From Tubiluchus corallicola (lineage: Eukaryota > Animalia > Priapulida): a DNA stretch of 64,000 bases. Position 1 is the stretch's first letter. The number at the start of each line of letters is the position of its first letter. The translations under genes were made by a program, and so were the position numbers. The notes beneath the pieces were generated by a model that did not search any database, was not told where the DNA came from, and saw nothing but the letters and a program-made list of their open reading frames with translations. Of this stretch, positions 38,401-49,721 are shown piece by piece. Location of the stretch: NCBI GenBank assembly GCA_030141605.1, contig JAQGDQ010000246.1:270494-334493 (forward strand). Reading direction: 5' to 3'.

Positions 38401-41400
38401 CTGAATGACTGAAATGTACGACTTAACTAATGTAGTCGGCTAATTATCATTTCAATGTAATTTGCTAATGAGAAAACAATACAAGTTGCAAACTTGTGAA
38501 TAAGTTAGGAAATGGTAATCTTTGACTAAACTACTACTTAGATCCAACTACACATGATGTCTGACAAATAAAGTGATCTGGTTAAACCACCAAGCAAGTT
38601 ATATGTCACTCTTGGTGTCTTGGTCAAGCTGCTTAATAGACTTTGGGATGGGAAAGTTTTGACCCCATTAACCGACAGATAGGTGTAATATTACTGGTAC
38701 AGAAGCAGAAGTCATGACTCTTCAGTTTAGAAGGCACTGAAAAAGCTGCGAGAGCCTTAAATGTTAGGTTTTATGTGAAACTTAACTGACTAAAAATTTT
38801 GTGAAAAGAAGCAATAGCTTGAAAAGGAAACAGCTAGGCATGTGATTAAAAGCTCAGCTTCCATAAATTCTTGGGAAACAAGGTTCATTACGCGGACGAG
38901 CGGGTAAGAGATCCAATGCAGAAAACACTACAATAGCATTTCAGCGCACGATCAACTTACCTGCTTATGAACAAAGCAGTACTTAACACAATTGTTTCTA
39001 TGCATTTTAGCGCACACAAAAAAGAAAAAAATGACATAAAACTAACAAAAGGTTTTTGATCACAAACAAGTATTTTATTTTAAGCACCTGAAGCAAAAAT
39101 ATTAAGTCAAGTGGTGTTATTTGAGGAAAAAAAGCAATTTTGAACTGCCAATGTACTTACTTAATCCTAAGATAATGATAATATGGAACAAGCACTTTTG
39201 CTAGTGATATACGAATATGCATCGTACCTCGGATGGCAGAATACTTGTTCCCTGTTTTTCTTCATCGCTAGTATGGTAATAGTCAATTATCCACACATGA
39301 ATTGTCTAGAAAAGCAAGAACAATCAAATATAACAAGCACAAGATTACAGTCAAAATAGAAAATGGTTAAACCTAACATTTTGTGAAAAAACACAAAGCC
39401 AGGTATTATAAAACATACCAAATTGGAAACAGTTGTGTCTGACCAGTCGAATTACCAGTAACAAGAAACAAAACAAACTTTATTTGCACTTCGGGCATTA
39501 CAGTCTAACTATAACAATCTCAGGGACATGCAAACTAACTGGTAAAAAATTGACAAGCTTATTAAAAATAATCAATGAAAAACCTAATCTGTCAGCATTA
39601 CCGCTTTGTTTTTAATGGGAAATTAACAGATCTAATAAACAATTTTAAAATTTAACTGTGAACTGTTTCCTCCCATAACCTAATTGTTAATCATCCCACA
39701 TACATTCGCCTATTATATATTAAAAAAAGCTTAATTTTGCCTTTTGCTATCAAGCAATTTATAAACATACATAGAATTCTTATGTTATGCCTGAATAAAA
39801 TGTAAATTATGAATATTTAGAAATAGTATAATCTGTATTACTCGGGTTAACCTCTGCCTGAGTCACTGATAATCAACGGCAGAGTAAATCGAAATAGACA
39901 CATGTTAACACATATTCATCTGCCCCCAATGCTTCGATCACAAAGACAAGATTTATTTATCATTGCTCATTTAACAGACAACATTAGCACTAACTGGCTA
40001 TTCAGTGATTTACACTTACAACAATACAGGTAAGGACGCAATACACAAATAACGAAAAACACGTAGGGTATCTGACCTGGCATTGGCAGCGGCTAGTCTT
40101 GAACTCAAGACTGCGTACTTGCAGTCTGAAATCTAAACCACTCGGCCACCCAACCCAGGCACTAACATGCGACTAATTTATTCTGGTAGGTGTACTTCAC
40201 TAACAAAGTTGGATAAATTAATGTAGAAGATAAGAAGAAATGACACACTGGTTTTCTAGACTTTTGCTAACATATTGTAAAGGCTTTTACTATTGCCTAT
40301 TCTGCCATTTTTGTCTAGATTTTACACACATAAGCTGACATGACAAATATAAAAAGCATCAGTGTTAATTCTGCTGGAAATCTGTTACATTCATACTGAA
40401 TAAAATTGCCGATTATAACAAATAATGGTTATTTAAAGGAAAGGCACAGCCTTCTAGGAAATTAGGCTTATTTCAATGTTTGGGAAAATGTTAGGATGAT
40501 TTAGTAATAAAAGTGCAATAAGCACCTAATGTAATGTGTAAAATCACTTTAAAGTCGCAATCATTTTATGCTTGGGCACTCCAATTTTGAACACCCAGTC
40601 TTCCACCAACGACATTGTTCATTGACTGAAGAAAAGCAGCATGCTGTCATTTTCGCCAAAAGCATAGTAAGTTATTATAAAAAAATCGGCTAGCTAATTT
40701 TGAGATATTTTTGTACAATGATGGTATGCTGTTAAAGTTTGACAAGTTTAAGCAGCGCCCATTTACAAAAACCACAGTGCATTTACGGAAAGTCACGAAG
40801 TCCACAACAGTTACACCATATTTATGAAGTGAATGGCGGCTAACGTCATGCCTGAGAATTTCCATTTAGTAGTAATATAGATTAGCTTTATGCTTTACAG
40901 ACAATTTTTTGCAAATTTCTTTGTTATATTTTTCAAGTTCAAATGATAACAGTAAAATCAACCTAACATGCCAAGTGACTTGTTCCGTCCTTTAATTTCT
41001 GCTTATATATACAAGCCAAACTGCATATTTAAATCATGCAATGGAAAATTAACATATAGCATACAATACTGCACAGATAATTTGCAATACAGTCACTTCC
41101 CAATTGGGATTACCCTGCATATAAATTTCTTTGCACTATACAGTTAGACAAACGAACAAGTATCTTAAGATGCAAAATTCTCAACACCCTTTGTTCCGGA
41201 TGATGGAGGCGAAAATAGGTTTATGCATATAACACTTAATCAAATACTTACCAATTTTGATATTGACCAGTCTTTGTTTGTACTATAACGTAAAAAATAA
41301 ATATTAGGTCAATGTTAAATTTAAAGGGGAAGAAAAGACAATGTCAAATTACGGTTAAAATCCATTCAAAGTTATATTACTTAGCATTATGCTTACCTAT

Positions 41401-44400
41401 TTGAAGAACTTATGTAATTGTAAAAGAAAATTTTTTAATATTAATAATTTAAAATGTTCATGCCAAATGGTAAAACAGTGCTGCTTCGTCATCCCAGTGT
41501 GTATCACTGACTCATCAAAAAGCACATTATTGGTCTTATTGATAATATAAAGTGATTTAAATCTTCGCTCAGTTAGCCTCGGATTAATCCTTTGTCCTCG
41601 GATTGCTCTGATTATCTCTCCAAACTTTAAGCAATGTTACCAAAACTTGTTTCAATTGACTTACCATTAAAATGGATACACCTAACGGTTATCATGGGAG
41701 TTATTTTTACAAATTTTATACAGTGTTACTGCTAATGCAAGTCCTGTATGCAATAAGTCAGCATGCAAGTGATATAAAATTTCAAGACTAATTTTTAAGC
41801 TTTATTTATGAAGAGTGTTTTTTGCACTTTAAGTAAATGTTTATTATATAGTTGGCATGCTACAAAGCAGGACCAACTTAATCCAGATAGTTGTGGAAAT
41901 AAATAGATCCTAACTGTTGATAAGAACTAAGCTAGGACTCCAAGTGCACGTAGTGCATGATCATAATCCATAATAAATGCGTGATGTGCAACGTTTCTAT
42001 GTGTCTGTGAACGGCACGCATATTGGCAAAGCTCACAGTGCTCTTTCCACCATTTTTGGTTGCTTGTTTGTGAAAAATGAAAATAATAATTTTTCAGCAT
42101 GTCTCTGCCAGAATTTCAGCTGTAGCATTACATTCTCCTATAAGAAAATTGGAAGTAATTTTTGAAAGGCATATCTCTGCTGAAATTTCAGTGGTGGCAT
42201 TATATTCTCCTATAAGAATGCAAAGGAAGTGTAGGTTTTGTCGGGTGTACAATATTTTGCTATGGAGAGAACAATACGGCACACATCATCATTTAGTGAA
42301 AGAACTGCATGTAGACGCATAACACACAATTATGGAGTAAACCTGTAATAATCAAATTTCTGAAAGAAACTTAACTGAAAGCAAAGAAATGCAAAAAAAC
42401 GTTGGTACTCAGTCCAATCTAAACCTGAACCATTGATTACAAATCTATACCTGAATTAGACCACACAGCCTCTTATAATCATGGCAGGTCTTAATTCAAT
42501 CTCCTTTCCTTCCATTAACTTTGATTTAAGAAATTCCATTATCAGCCAGTGTACTTGAAATTAAGACCATAAATAATTAACAGAAAATACACAACAAGTA
42601 GCAAACTATAGCTTATATGTTACAAATAGAGCTGTTCAGAATCGAGACTGCTGTGGTCCCAATCTCCAAACCTCAATACCAAACTTTTTTCAAATCCCGA
42701 ACTCCATTCATGAACACCAGTGCTGTTCCGGCACAACCCCGACCCTGAGGTTTACAAGTTTATAATAAGTGAAAAAAATGCTTACTTCAGGTTTTTGAGA
42801 CTTATGATGAAAAATGAAGCACCTACCAATGTCGTGATAATTATTTTTGTAGCTATTTTAATAACTATCGCTGCATTGCATGATTGCCAAGATACAGTTC
42901 TTTTTTAAAATGTCCTGTAGACAATTTAGAGTAAATACATAATATACTATATCGTGTTGCTGTTTACAAATCTACATCTATAACCATATACATGTATAGC
43001 TTTTATATGTACAGTACATCAAAATAAACAATATTATTTTCCAAATACACGCTTCTGGTGCTGTAAGTGAATGGCTTATTGAACTGCTTATGAAGCGACA
43101 TGTAAGAAACCTAATTTGTAAACGTTTTAAACTTTTGAAGTATTTTTCCTGTCCAAAAAACTAATGCTTCCTAGTCAATAATAACTCAGTATGCATATGC
43201 ATAATACTTTCTAACAACAATTATTTTAACTTCTTAGCAAAGGGATTATCATTTACTTAGTAAAATAAAATAAGCCTAGATGCTGCTTTTTTCTTAAACC
43301 CCAAACCCCCTTCCCGAACATTCAGTCCCATTTGCAAACCTTGCATCCTGATCCAACTCTGAACTTTAAAAGTTTATAACCTTTCAAAAAACAACGTTTA
43401 CTTCAGGTTTATGATGCATGCAGAAAACTATGTCAAGTTACTCATTGCTTAAACTTCGTGATAAAATATTTTATACTGAGATTTTATTAACGACAGTTGC
43501 AACATGTGATTATCAACTGCAGTTTAATATAAAATGCCTTGAAAGTCTTAGCACGGTTATCTTTTTACTCTACATACAGAGAGAGCACATTCAGGCAGCT
43601 TGTAAGAGTGATTAAGTTATTCTGGTGGTGTGTGATTTGCTCACAATGTTGGAACAATTAACGAAAAACATATAAAAACCAGAGACCCTCTTCAATTCAA
43701 AGCAAAGAGATTACCATTATATTTACCTAGCATAGTGAAGTATGCAGACTTAGCACAAGTTTTGATTTTTGCAGAAACCAAGGGTAAATGAGGGAATACA
43801 TTTATTGTCCGCCTTCACCATAAATATGTATTTTGAATGATGTCATGTTTTTTAACTATGTTGTATATATGTACCATATCAGTACCAAATAAATAATAAA
43901 CAGACTGCTACTACTCAACAGCAAAAAACTGTTTTATCATTCATTAAATGACAGGGTAATTAATGTATTTAACCCTAGCATACTGCCAGACAGTGTGTGT
44001 GGGTGGAATCTGCTCACAGTTTAGACTAGATTTTTTCGTGTAGGATTCTAGGCATCTATAATTAAAGGTTGACTGAACTAATTTTGCTGTAATTTTCTTA
44101 TTTCAATTTATTAATGATTATGTATAAAGGTTTTCGGTGTCAGGAACCCAGATCTTGAACCTTTGGCCCCGACCTCGAAAATCCCAACCTCGAACTCGAA
44201 CCTTTAACAGCTCTAGTGACTATCACGTCACACTTATCAAAATGTAATAGGTTAGAGCAAAAATTGTAGAAGTGGGGGAGAGAATCGAGAAATTTCTTAT
44301 AATATCTCATTTACTAATAATTATACTAGTGGTGAGAACCCCGATCCCAAACTTCTGGTCACGACACTAACCCTGATCGTAACCACTTCCCCCCAAACCA

Positions 44401-47400
44401 TGAAGAATCCCGATCTTCAACTTAATTAGCATCTCGAACCCCCCGATCTTGATCTTGTGCCGAACCACTAACACCCCCTAGATAAAAATAAAGCTGTAAG
44501 AAAAAACAGATATTTTTGCTACTGGGGCAATGTATATAATATAGTTTTAGTACAAAATACCTTGCAACAACCAAGTACCATGCATATTGACCACGATGTT
44601 CAGAAACTATAATGTATCTGGGTGTGTCTGTATCATTTGTTAGAACATTTCTAACAGCGAATTTGTATTGGCCATGGGATGGACATATTGCTTTTGTGAC
44701 ATATGCTCTGAAACATAAAATAAGATCATCATCTTTGCTGTATTTAATTTTTATGCATTCATCTCTATTTGGCTGTGGCTAATCTTCAGAGTTCCTGCTT
44801 TAAAAAGCATTCATGCTTTACAAATTTACCAAGTAACATGAGCGTAAGCTGTGGATGCTGTTACAATAAGCCTTGCACTTGTAGCTGTTTAGCAACTTTA
44901 AAAGCTCTTTACCAGGGTCAGCTTCCACTCACAATTTTATTAGCCAATATTTTAGCCACAGCCAATTTTTTTAGCCAGATTTGTACGAGATACAGTATAT
45001 TGAAAGCAGGTCAAGGATTAAAGAATTCATTCACCAAGAATACAAACATCGGCAGTGCACACCAAGTCTCGCCTACGTGGCCCCGTCTCACAAACTCTTG
45101 TTCAGCAACAACCACTACACAATAAAATCTATAGATAAACCAAAAAACACGAAGAGTGCATGCACGTTTGATGGCAATTCGTCAGTTATTCCAAAAAATG
45201 AGTCACTGTTGTGTATCTATCAAATTATAAGCAGCTGTCAAGCAAAATGACACAAAAGAAACAGATATGGACATTATATTAAGATTTTGTGTGAAAGATT
45301 AAATGTTGTTATACCCTCTGACTAAAATGTTGGGTGTTAAAAAAATGTCAATTCCCATACAAGCTTGCTGTGAAATGGTGTTTTTGTAATTAAAATGCAA
45401 TAAAATTAGTTGGCAGTGCCCAAGTATAAAATTTACACATTATCAGTCTAAAAGGCTGATGTAGATGCAAATGACATAATTACTCCAGATAAACTTTGTG
45501 AATAATAATTAAGAGGTCTGCCAAATAAAAAATACTGGACATTTATCCTTAACAAGCTTTCCTTTACTTTCATGCGAAAGAGCAGCATTTGGTGAACTGT
45601 TGTAACAGCATGAAATCTTAAATTAAGACAGTTTTCTGCTAATTTAAAATGGTTCAGCTCATGTTATCTCCCAAGCTGGGAAAGATTCGATCCAGCTGTA
45701 GTTTTGTCAAGGTTTTTTTGGCCTGGAAAGACTGATAAATCTAACTCTTTCTAGCCTTTAAAGTCACTATACATCTGCACCACTATTACCTAAGCACAAT
45801 GTTTCACCATATAATGACTCTGTTCACCATTTCACCTTTCACCATTTACTGCCAAACAAACTTTCATTGCAGAAATAATGTATAGCTGTAAAAATAAAAA
45901 TGATGATAATAGTAATACTTGACTTTAACATTTGCAGTATATTTCAATACATTTTCCACGCCTGCTTGAGCGTAGCTTTTGTTGCATAAGGAGCCGGTCA
46001 GATGAGAACACAAAAGATGCGCAGATTGGTCATCGCGAGGTGGACCCCTGCTGGTTGACTGATGTGTGCCGATGTGTGACTTTTTGGTCAATCTTTAGTT
46101 TTGGATGAAAGGTTACATAAGGCACGCAGGTCTTGCTTTACCCACAATAACTTAAGTATCCTGGCAAGTGGTTCAACAAATTTATGTAGACATTTTTTAA
46201 GAAGGATAAATATTAGTAAAGTAGAAAACAAAATTCAAAAGTAGAATATCTCACCTATAGTAAAGGCCAAATCTAATGTTTGTTAATTTATGCAAATTAT
46301 GCTACTTTATTACTAAAATCAGTAACAAATAAAACTTACGTTGGATCATCTATGTGACATGATTCAGGAATTTCCCACTTGATCGAATCTGAATCATTGA
46401 AAGGGAAATATTCTAGGTTAATCCATTCCGTAGTGGAAAAATAATTCTCTGTTCCTGGACTTCCTCTGTATCTACAAAAAATATTTTTAAATGCTGTATT
46501 GTATACAGTTTTTATTATTCACATATAAATTTCAAATTAATTTAGGTTTTAGGCTGAAGTCATTTTTTTCATAAAGGAAACGTAATTTTTAATGATTTTA
46601 CTGTACATAGTTTCTACTGTTTGTATGTAATCTTATACTAGCTTAGGCCTTAGGCTAAGCAGTAATTGGGTGATAATATAAAGTCAATCATGAGCTAACA
46701 GCTCATGTTATCCATGTAAATGATCGACTTTAAATAAAGTTATTCTTATCTTAGCAGCAGTATCAGCTCAATAGTTTTTATTGCGAGCACAAGACTAGAT
46801 AAAGAACTTCTAGGGCAAAATGAAAAATGAGTACATATAGACAGTATGTAGTATTAACATAAATGGGTGCACAAGTAATCCAAACCATTAAAAGTGTAAA
46901 CCAAACTAAAATGAATGAGGATTATGGCCTCACTTGGTAAGAAGGGTGTTTGGATCTATAATTACATATTCTTCTTCAACATAGGGAAGTAAATAGCTGG
47001 AAACAGAATGGCAGATGAAACTGTTCAGAAACAGGTTTCCTCACTGTTACCAATCTATTTATTAGCCAGGTTTGGCGCTACTTAGCAATGTAACACAGAA
47101 ACTATTAAGCTGGTCAAGGTTTATACATAAATGTTTGTCCAAACAGTGTCGAAATGGCACTTGTTTTACAACTAAAATTCCAATTACATCTACAAGTATC
47201 ATTATTATGATCACTCTTTTATCTATGGTGTATGCATGGCATCATTTAAGCTTTATTTCCACATATAAAGATATAAAGTTCTACCTAGCGAGTCATTTTG
47301 AACGTTAGCCAGTTCCATTCAAAATGCAGAAAATGCATACCTACCAAGTTCAAAAAACAACTATTTTAGTATATATAGAACTGAATGGATACAGCAATGT

Positions 47401-47590
47401 AATATCCTGCACCATGGAGAGGTTGGTAGAGATAAAATGACAAAATTCTTGATTATAACATATAATTTATATTTAAATTAACGTTGTTGTTTTTTTAAGT
47501 ATTTCTGACAAGAAAACCAAAAAATACTTACCTCCAGGAGCATCTACCAAGCTTCATTAGAAAATAAAAAGTCAAGATAATTCTCCACAT
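20492..47590 (-). CDS. CATSPERE: Cation channel sperm-associated auxiliary subunit epsilon-like (CatSper epsilon/delta family), ~26 exons, ~953 aa
   Basis: Phase-consistent GT-AG exons assembled by hand: 47590-47532, 46471-46340, 44707-44561, 41282-41252, 39305-39228, 38058-37934, 36749-36645, 35929-35866, 35686-35645, 35404-35359, 33806-33736, 32622-32506, 31516-31363, 30419-30327, 29336-29265, 28907-28780, 28286-28116, 27750-27637, 25490-25365, 24733-24590, 24234-24182, 23564-23382, 23104-22915, 22191-22037, 21561-21346, 20537-20492 (or stop at 21342). Signal peptide, then SWRY...FSTTEWINLEY...WEIPESC, VAWTNN, SALPTLLHW, CPYYSFTHNV...YYLDLGENIMFWTEIVY, ISVGCPPG, YDWDALGCP, GQTW, YKSCF, ARIIDPNYSFCILET and one C-terminal TM helix. 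These motifs match mammalian CATSPERE/CATSPERD as I recall them. The small internal exons are less certain. Confidence 0.88.
27076..27564. mobile_element. Degenerate hAT-like MITE in a CATSPERE intron
   Basis: Left end (C)TAAGATGTTAACGATA is roughly complementary to right end CGTTTAACATCCCTA. TATCG/CGATA subterminal motifs occur at both ends. Confidence 0.45.
31966..32504. mobile_element. Tigger/pogo-like MITE in a CATSPERE intron
   Basis: Left CAGTAGGCGCCGCTTATTAGACTCA and right TGAGTCCATTAAGCGGCATGTAATA form imperfect TIRs with a CAGT start. GACTCA subterminal motifs are repeated. Confidence 0.55.
39950..40156 (-). mobile_element. tRNA-derived SINE
   Basis: Minus strand reads GGGTTGGGTGGCCGAGTGGTTTAG...GAGTTCAAGACT, a Pol III A box (TGGCCGAGTGG) and B box (GAGTTCAAGAC) at tRNA spacing. 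No intact acceptor stem; ends in ATAAATAAAT at about 39951. Confidence 0.65.
42097..42218 (+). repeat. Diverged tandem duplication, 2 x ~50 bp
   Basis: GCATGTCTCTGCCAGAATTTCAG...TTCTCCTATAAGAA at 42097-42146 and GCATATCTCTGCTGAAATTTCAG...TTCTCCTATAAGAA at 42169-42218. Confidence 0.8.
42627..44215. mobile_element. Possible hAT-like non-autonomous DNA transposon
   Basis: 10-bp TIR TAGAGCTGTT / AACAGCTCTA with clustered CCGA/CGAAC subterminal motifs. The 8-bp flanks are only partly similar (GTTACAAA vs GTGACTAT). Confidence 0.45.
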
Positions 47591-48322
47591 TTTTGTGTGT
47601 CCTATCATAAAAGTTTAAAAGTGGAAAAGTGTTGTATTATGTAGAAGTGGAAACATGTAGCAGTGTAAAATTTGTAGTAAAAATATTTTGAATTTTTTAT
47701 TGAGTAAATATGTATTTGTATGGAATACATATACATATCTACTCAAATATATTAAATTTATTTTACTTTATTTTCCATTACAAATTACAATTGTACAAAC
47801 TGAAAGTGTAAAATGCAAAAATTACACAATAACAGGTAATAGCATAGAATATAATTTGGAATTACTTATGTTTAAGGAAATAGTTAAAGAACTTAATCCA
47901 ATTTATCAAAGAATGGAAAAAGGTAGTTGTGATATCAGTTTTCACAAGTCTGCCATATTGCATCATGATTCTATTGCAACATGTGATACTTTTTAACTAC
48001 AGGTCATAAATGTAAACTTTAGATAATTTAAATATTTGCCTAAATTTCAAAGGAGGCCAGTCTATCGTTTGTCTGAAACTATGTACAGTATATTGCAGCA
48101 TCCCTGTATCATACAGTATTATGTACAGACCATATATTCCTGTTATATAATGAGAAAGTAATTCAATTCAGTTAAATTTTATTTGCACAAACACCATTCT
48201 AATATATTAGCAGTACAATAGAAAATACAATTTATAATTATTCAGTAACATAAAGTTGACATATTCTAGTAAAGGATGACACAATATGTAAGTCTATATT
48301 ATAGTTCTAAGAAGAGAAGAAC

Positions 48323-48369
48323 TGACGTCAAGAATATTGGTCTATCACTGTGCCTCTGCTATGACGTAA
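48323..48369. promoter_or_regulatory. CRE motifs upstream of the CATSPERE start codon
   Basis: Palindromic TGACGTCA at 48323-48330 and TGACGTAA at 48362-48369, in a CpG-containing patch about 0.75 kb upstream of the ATG at 47590. Confidence 0.4.
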
Positions 48370-49160
48370 GCACGCCCAGCGGTATTCGGACAGCAACTCA
48401 CACTGGATAACAACTGTCTTTAATATACAACATGACAATTTAATGTCTAAACAGCAGACAAACTGATTGTGCTGTTTCATACGCACAAATTTGTAGTGCG
48501 GCAGTTATTTTTACACAAAATGCACACTTTAAGTAGCCAAATGGCTTTTCAATTTAAACAGAAATTAGAGAAAAAGTTTCAAAGCACTACAAAATGCAGA
48601 GACCAAGTATTATTATAAAGAAACTAAGCCAGTTAGCCTTGCTTTAAGATGTGTATAATAGCAAGAAAAATATTAAAGCCCTCTTGCCTTTGGACATACG
48701 AACATATCATGCCATATTTACTCAGTTTTTGTATTTTTCCATTTGTTAGGCTACAGAAATGGAATAAATATGATTGTTCCATTCCATAGACGACCCTTAT
48801 ATCGACTGCCTGAGTTACATAAGTCCAAAAGCATCTTTTAACCATGATTATACCAGAAAAATGTCATAAAATTAACTAATATTACATTGATATATAATAT
48901 AAATTTTGACCATGAAGATCCCATTGAAGTTTATAAAAACTGTTCAGAAAAGAACACATTTTACCTGAAAATTTCAGAAAATATTTTGCATAATCATGAC
49001 AGTTGTCATGGATTCTGGTGGATGAGTTTAGCTCTGCGGCTAGGTCTCAACTATTGCTGACCATGGCCGACTAACTTTTTTCTCTACATCCTGCGCAAAC
49101 CTATTTAGCGGTACACGCAGGCTGTTATTTTTACATGCAGGTTAACTTTGAACCATTTAT

Positions 49161-49721
49161 TAACTCGGGCTTCTGATCTGAAGTTCTGAATTTCTTCTCA
49201 GCTCTGTTCAAGTAGGCCAGGGGGTCATATGGTCGGCCTAACCTTGTTAGGTTAATTTGTCCTTTTTTTAAGTTAATCAAATAGTTGTTTTTATCTAACT
49301 TGTAAAGTCACAAACTAAACTACAATGCGTGTTTTATTCATAGCAAGGTTTAATCGGTAACTCGTAGACATAAGTATTGTGCATTTCTTCCTATACTAAA
49401 TGAAACTAGACTATAATTTATTATATTTCCATTGAATCATTTACTAACTCAGGCTTCAATGATCTGAAGTTCTAAATTTCTTATCAGCTCTGTTCAGGTA
49501 GGCCATTTAGAGTTTGTGAACCTTAAAGTAGCGTCATATGGTCAGCCTAACCTCGTTAGGTTAATTTGTCAGTTATCAAAGTTTATCAAATAGTTGTTTT
49601 TATCTAACTTGTAAAGTCATAACCTAAACTATAATGCGTATTTTACTGATAGCAAGGTTTAATCAGCAACTCGCAGACATAAGCATTGCACATTTCTTCG
49701 TATACTAAATGAAACTAGACT
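49161..49721 (+). repeat. Tandem duplication, 2 x ~260 bp
   Basis: TAACTC.GGCTTC..TGATCTGAAGTTCT...AAATGAAACTAGACT at 49161-49412 and 49445-49721. The second copy has a small insertion. Confidence 0.9.

Noticed and set aside
40085-40156. Functional tRNA-Cys gene
   Set aside because: Acceptor and anticodon stems do not pair properly; treated as a SINE head.
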